Shown one piece after another: positions 61,101 through 64,000 of a stretch of DNA of 64,000 nt. A model generated the notes under the pieces. It saw nothing but the letters and a program-made list of their open reading frames with translations. It was not told the DNA's origin and searched no databases. The stretch comes from Sphagnum compactum (taxonomy: Eukaryota), in assembly GCA_965153455.1 (NCBI GenBank), contig OZ234493.1, positions 10,220,213 to 10,284,212 on the forward strand. The letters are read 5' to 3'. The translations under genes were made by a program, and so were the position numbers. How positions within the stretch are numbered: position 1 is the first letter of the stretch; the number at the start of each line of letters is the position of its first letter.

Positions 61101-64000
61101 TTTCCATTTTTTAAAATGACATTTTGTTATATTTCAAATGTTGTCCCATATTTTTAATTTTATATGAATAATAAAAAATACACATGAAAAGATGAAATTC
61201 ATAAGTCAATTTTGTTTGTTTTGGTAATTTAGTTCATAAAATAATTAAATAATAATTTCTTAAGTTTAATATTGTCGCATCATCAAAAATAACATTATGA
61301 GCATAATTAATCATATTTAAATGATTGATTTAAATCACATTAGTCACATTTTTCAAATCAAATAATTTCACATGGGTGTCACAAGCGCTATGTGTCCAAC
61401 TTAATGTTCACTTTAATTAAAGAACTAAGTTTTTTTTAGTCAAGAGCCCAATAGTCATGTGGTTGTTTACACATAAGAAAATTGACTTCACATACCCAGC
61501 CCATTTCCACTAGATTCATTCATAATAGAAGTTGGACAAAGAGATACAATGTGATATTCTAAAAACATAAATTTTCCCATGCGCCCATAAATAAACCTGA
61601 AATCCCTTTCTCTCCAGGAGCTCCCACAAATTAATTAATACTATCTTTCCCAAATTCAGCCAAACTGATAGGTCCCTTCAAGATTCCCAACAATTCAAAA
61701 ATCCGCAAATAAACCACATGGACCGTTAAGAAACCTTTAGACATTGTCATCATCTCCCATGAATCAATCTTTACATCCTGACATTACTCCTTTTTCTTTT
61801 GTCCTAAAAACTAAAGCACAACGAAAACATTATTTCAAGATAGAAGAAGATGTTAATAGAGAAGCATTCTTCCTTTCTATTTTACAAATACACTCTATCA
61901 CCAAGAATTTTTATTTTCTAACAACAATCAAGATGAACACTGAGTTCATCTCTTCCATTCACCTTCAAAAAGACATGCATTCCCTTGTTTATAGTCCACC
62001 ATCAATCGTCACCCACCTTCACTAAATCTATTGCACTAACTAGTCTTTAGCTTTGTGATCCACATTTTTCATTCAAGAGCTAACCAAAAACAGCTACAAA
62101 CTCGTTCCATCACCAAAACCAATTTAGTAGTTTAACTCAATTGAAGAGTAAACATCAAACACAATAAACCTATAAACAAACAAAACACACCCAAAACACA
62201 TAAAAGAATAGTGGACATTAGACTTTCGACACCTTCAACAATTCATGATGAACAATTGTCCTGTATTTTGATGTTTTTTGCCACACACCCATCATTAATT
62301 ATGGTTTTTTCTTTCCTTTCATCCACATGCATATACTCACAAAAAGTTCTTAACACTAGTTTTAAGTCACATCATTTTAACCATTCTTGGATGAACTATA
62401 ACCCCAATCCCACAACATCCCAAACCTAGTTAGTTTCTAAGCCTTCCCTTTCCACCTACTTCCTTCCCTCCCCTTTCCTTTTGTTTTGGTTGTTGCCATC
62501 ACCACCTCTTTCTTTTGCCCCTTTTTCTCTCTTGCCACTACCATCAACATGGAGGTTCAAGTTTGAAGAGGAAGTGCTTGTGCAAGAAAAGCCTCAGTGA
62601 TATTCATGGAGGAGAAAAATATTTTACAACTCCAAGTGAATGAAGAAGGTTAAGTTTTTCCTCCTTCTTCCTCCTTCTTTTCCCTCCTTCTTTACTTATT
62701 TTTTTGTTATTATTGATGCCCCTTATAACTCTTTTGTCTCCATTGATTTTTGTGGTGTAAATGTGATCATGAAAAAACTTTTGTAATTTTTTTTTTGCTT
62801 AATGTTATGTGGACTTATGTTGAAGTTTCCTTTGAGGTGCAATAATTCATGGTTTTCTATTTGCTACATTGCTTGAGAAGTTCTTCTTTATTTATTTTTG
62901 GTTTGTGTATCCAACTTGTTAGAAGGGCTTTTGGTTTTTTTTGTTGATCAATGGTCATGTTGTCAGTTTGTTTCAAATGTATCCCCAATAATATAAAAAG
63001 AATATTTTTACTATTTAAAATACACGTGAAAAAAATATACCCAAAATATCAAAAAAGATTTTAAGGGTACTTAATTTGCTAAATTAGCAAATTATGTGAT
63101 ATGGATAAAAACAACAAGATGTGAATTGTTGTGGTTGATTTGTCGTCATTGTTTTCTTGGTTCAATGTGTTGTAATTTGGTTTACCATATTGTGATCCTT
63201 CACATACACACACATAATAGGACCAAATGCAATACCCACATGTGGGTCACAAAATTTGCATTGTTTATTTGGGCTAATTTTACAAAATGTACATCCATTT
63301 TTAATTTTGTATTTAAATGACATATGTTGAAATTTAATGAAAAAAGAAAGAATAAGAAAAACTTGGAAGAGTAAACACTCACCCTAAAAAATAATATCTT
63401 ACAATAAGAAATCCCAAGAAATGAATTAACAATGAGATAGTACACTATTTTAAGCATTTTCCCATTGCTCATCCAAGTTTTTAATGTTATATGAAGATAT
63501 TACAATCATTTAAATACTCCAACATTTTGATATTTATGATTAGAATTTCTAACTACATAAAAATACTACATTTTGCTACCCACCTCTTGTTGAAACCCGT
63601 GTTTAGATGGTGGTTGATAATTTTGTAATGTACCCCAAAAATAAATGTATTGCAATATAGCTTTGTGTAATGTCTACATTTGGGGTTCACCTTATATCAT
63701 CATCAAAGTGTTAAAAAATATTTAAGTGGAAGACACCAAGGTTTTTGTAATCCTTACATGTGGTGATGACAACATTCAATCTTTTTGTGGTGATAGGTTT
63801 AGTAAGTTTAAGGGATAATATGTAGGTAGGCAGGTAGCTGGGCCCATGTGGATAAGGCTATATTAGTGGATAGAAAGCTTAGGTAAATTGTGTAAGTAAG
63901 TAGGTAATCAATATGTAGTAGGTTTGTTGTAAGTAGATAATCAACAAGTAGGTATGTTGTTAAGTAGTTTGCAAATCACTCGGAAAAAAATTGTAATTTA

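Overview
AT-rich eukaryotic (land-plant) genomic DNA. Gene families, GT-AG introns and repeat style suggest a moss, probably Sphagnum-like; this is an inference, not verified. Positions ~1-31 kb form a deeply nested graveyard of decayed transposons that can be reconstructed from TIRs and target-site duplications (TSDs). A MULE/SWIM transposase gene on the minus strand, next to an Ulp1-like protease pseudogene, is split in frame by a ~22.5 kb CACTA element (2216-24673). That element encodes a TnpD-like transposase (+) and a divergent multi-exon gene (-) ending in an FCP1/NIF HAD-like phosphatase domain. Nested in it are a hAT MITE, which holds a CACTA that in turn holds another probable CACTA with an expanded minisatellite, and a separate CACTA. 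A solo LTR with a fold-back MITE follows. Positions 33-55 kb hold three apparently intact host genes: a Cys-rich 153-aa protein, a 7-exon SRPBCC/polyketide-cyclase protein and a 5-exon secretory membrane protein. They are interspersed with MITEs, a small Helitron, an inverted second copy of the nested CACTA pair, a RING-domain pseudogene and a hAT dimerisation fragment. Positions 56-64 kb are decayed and largely unassignable. All domain calls come from motif recognition by eye; no searches were run.
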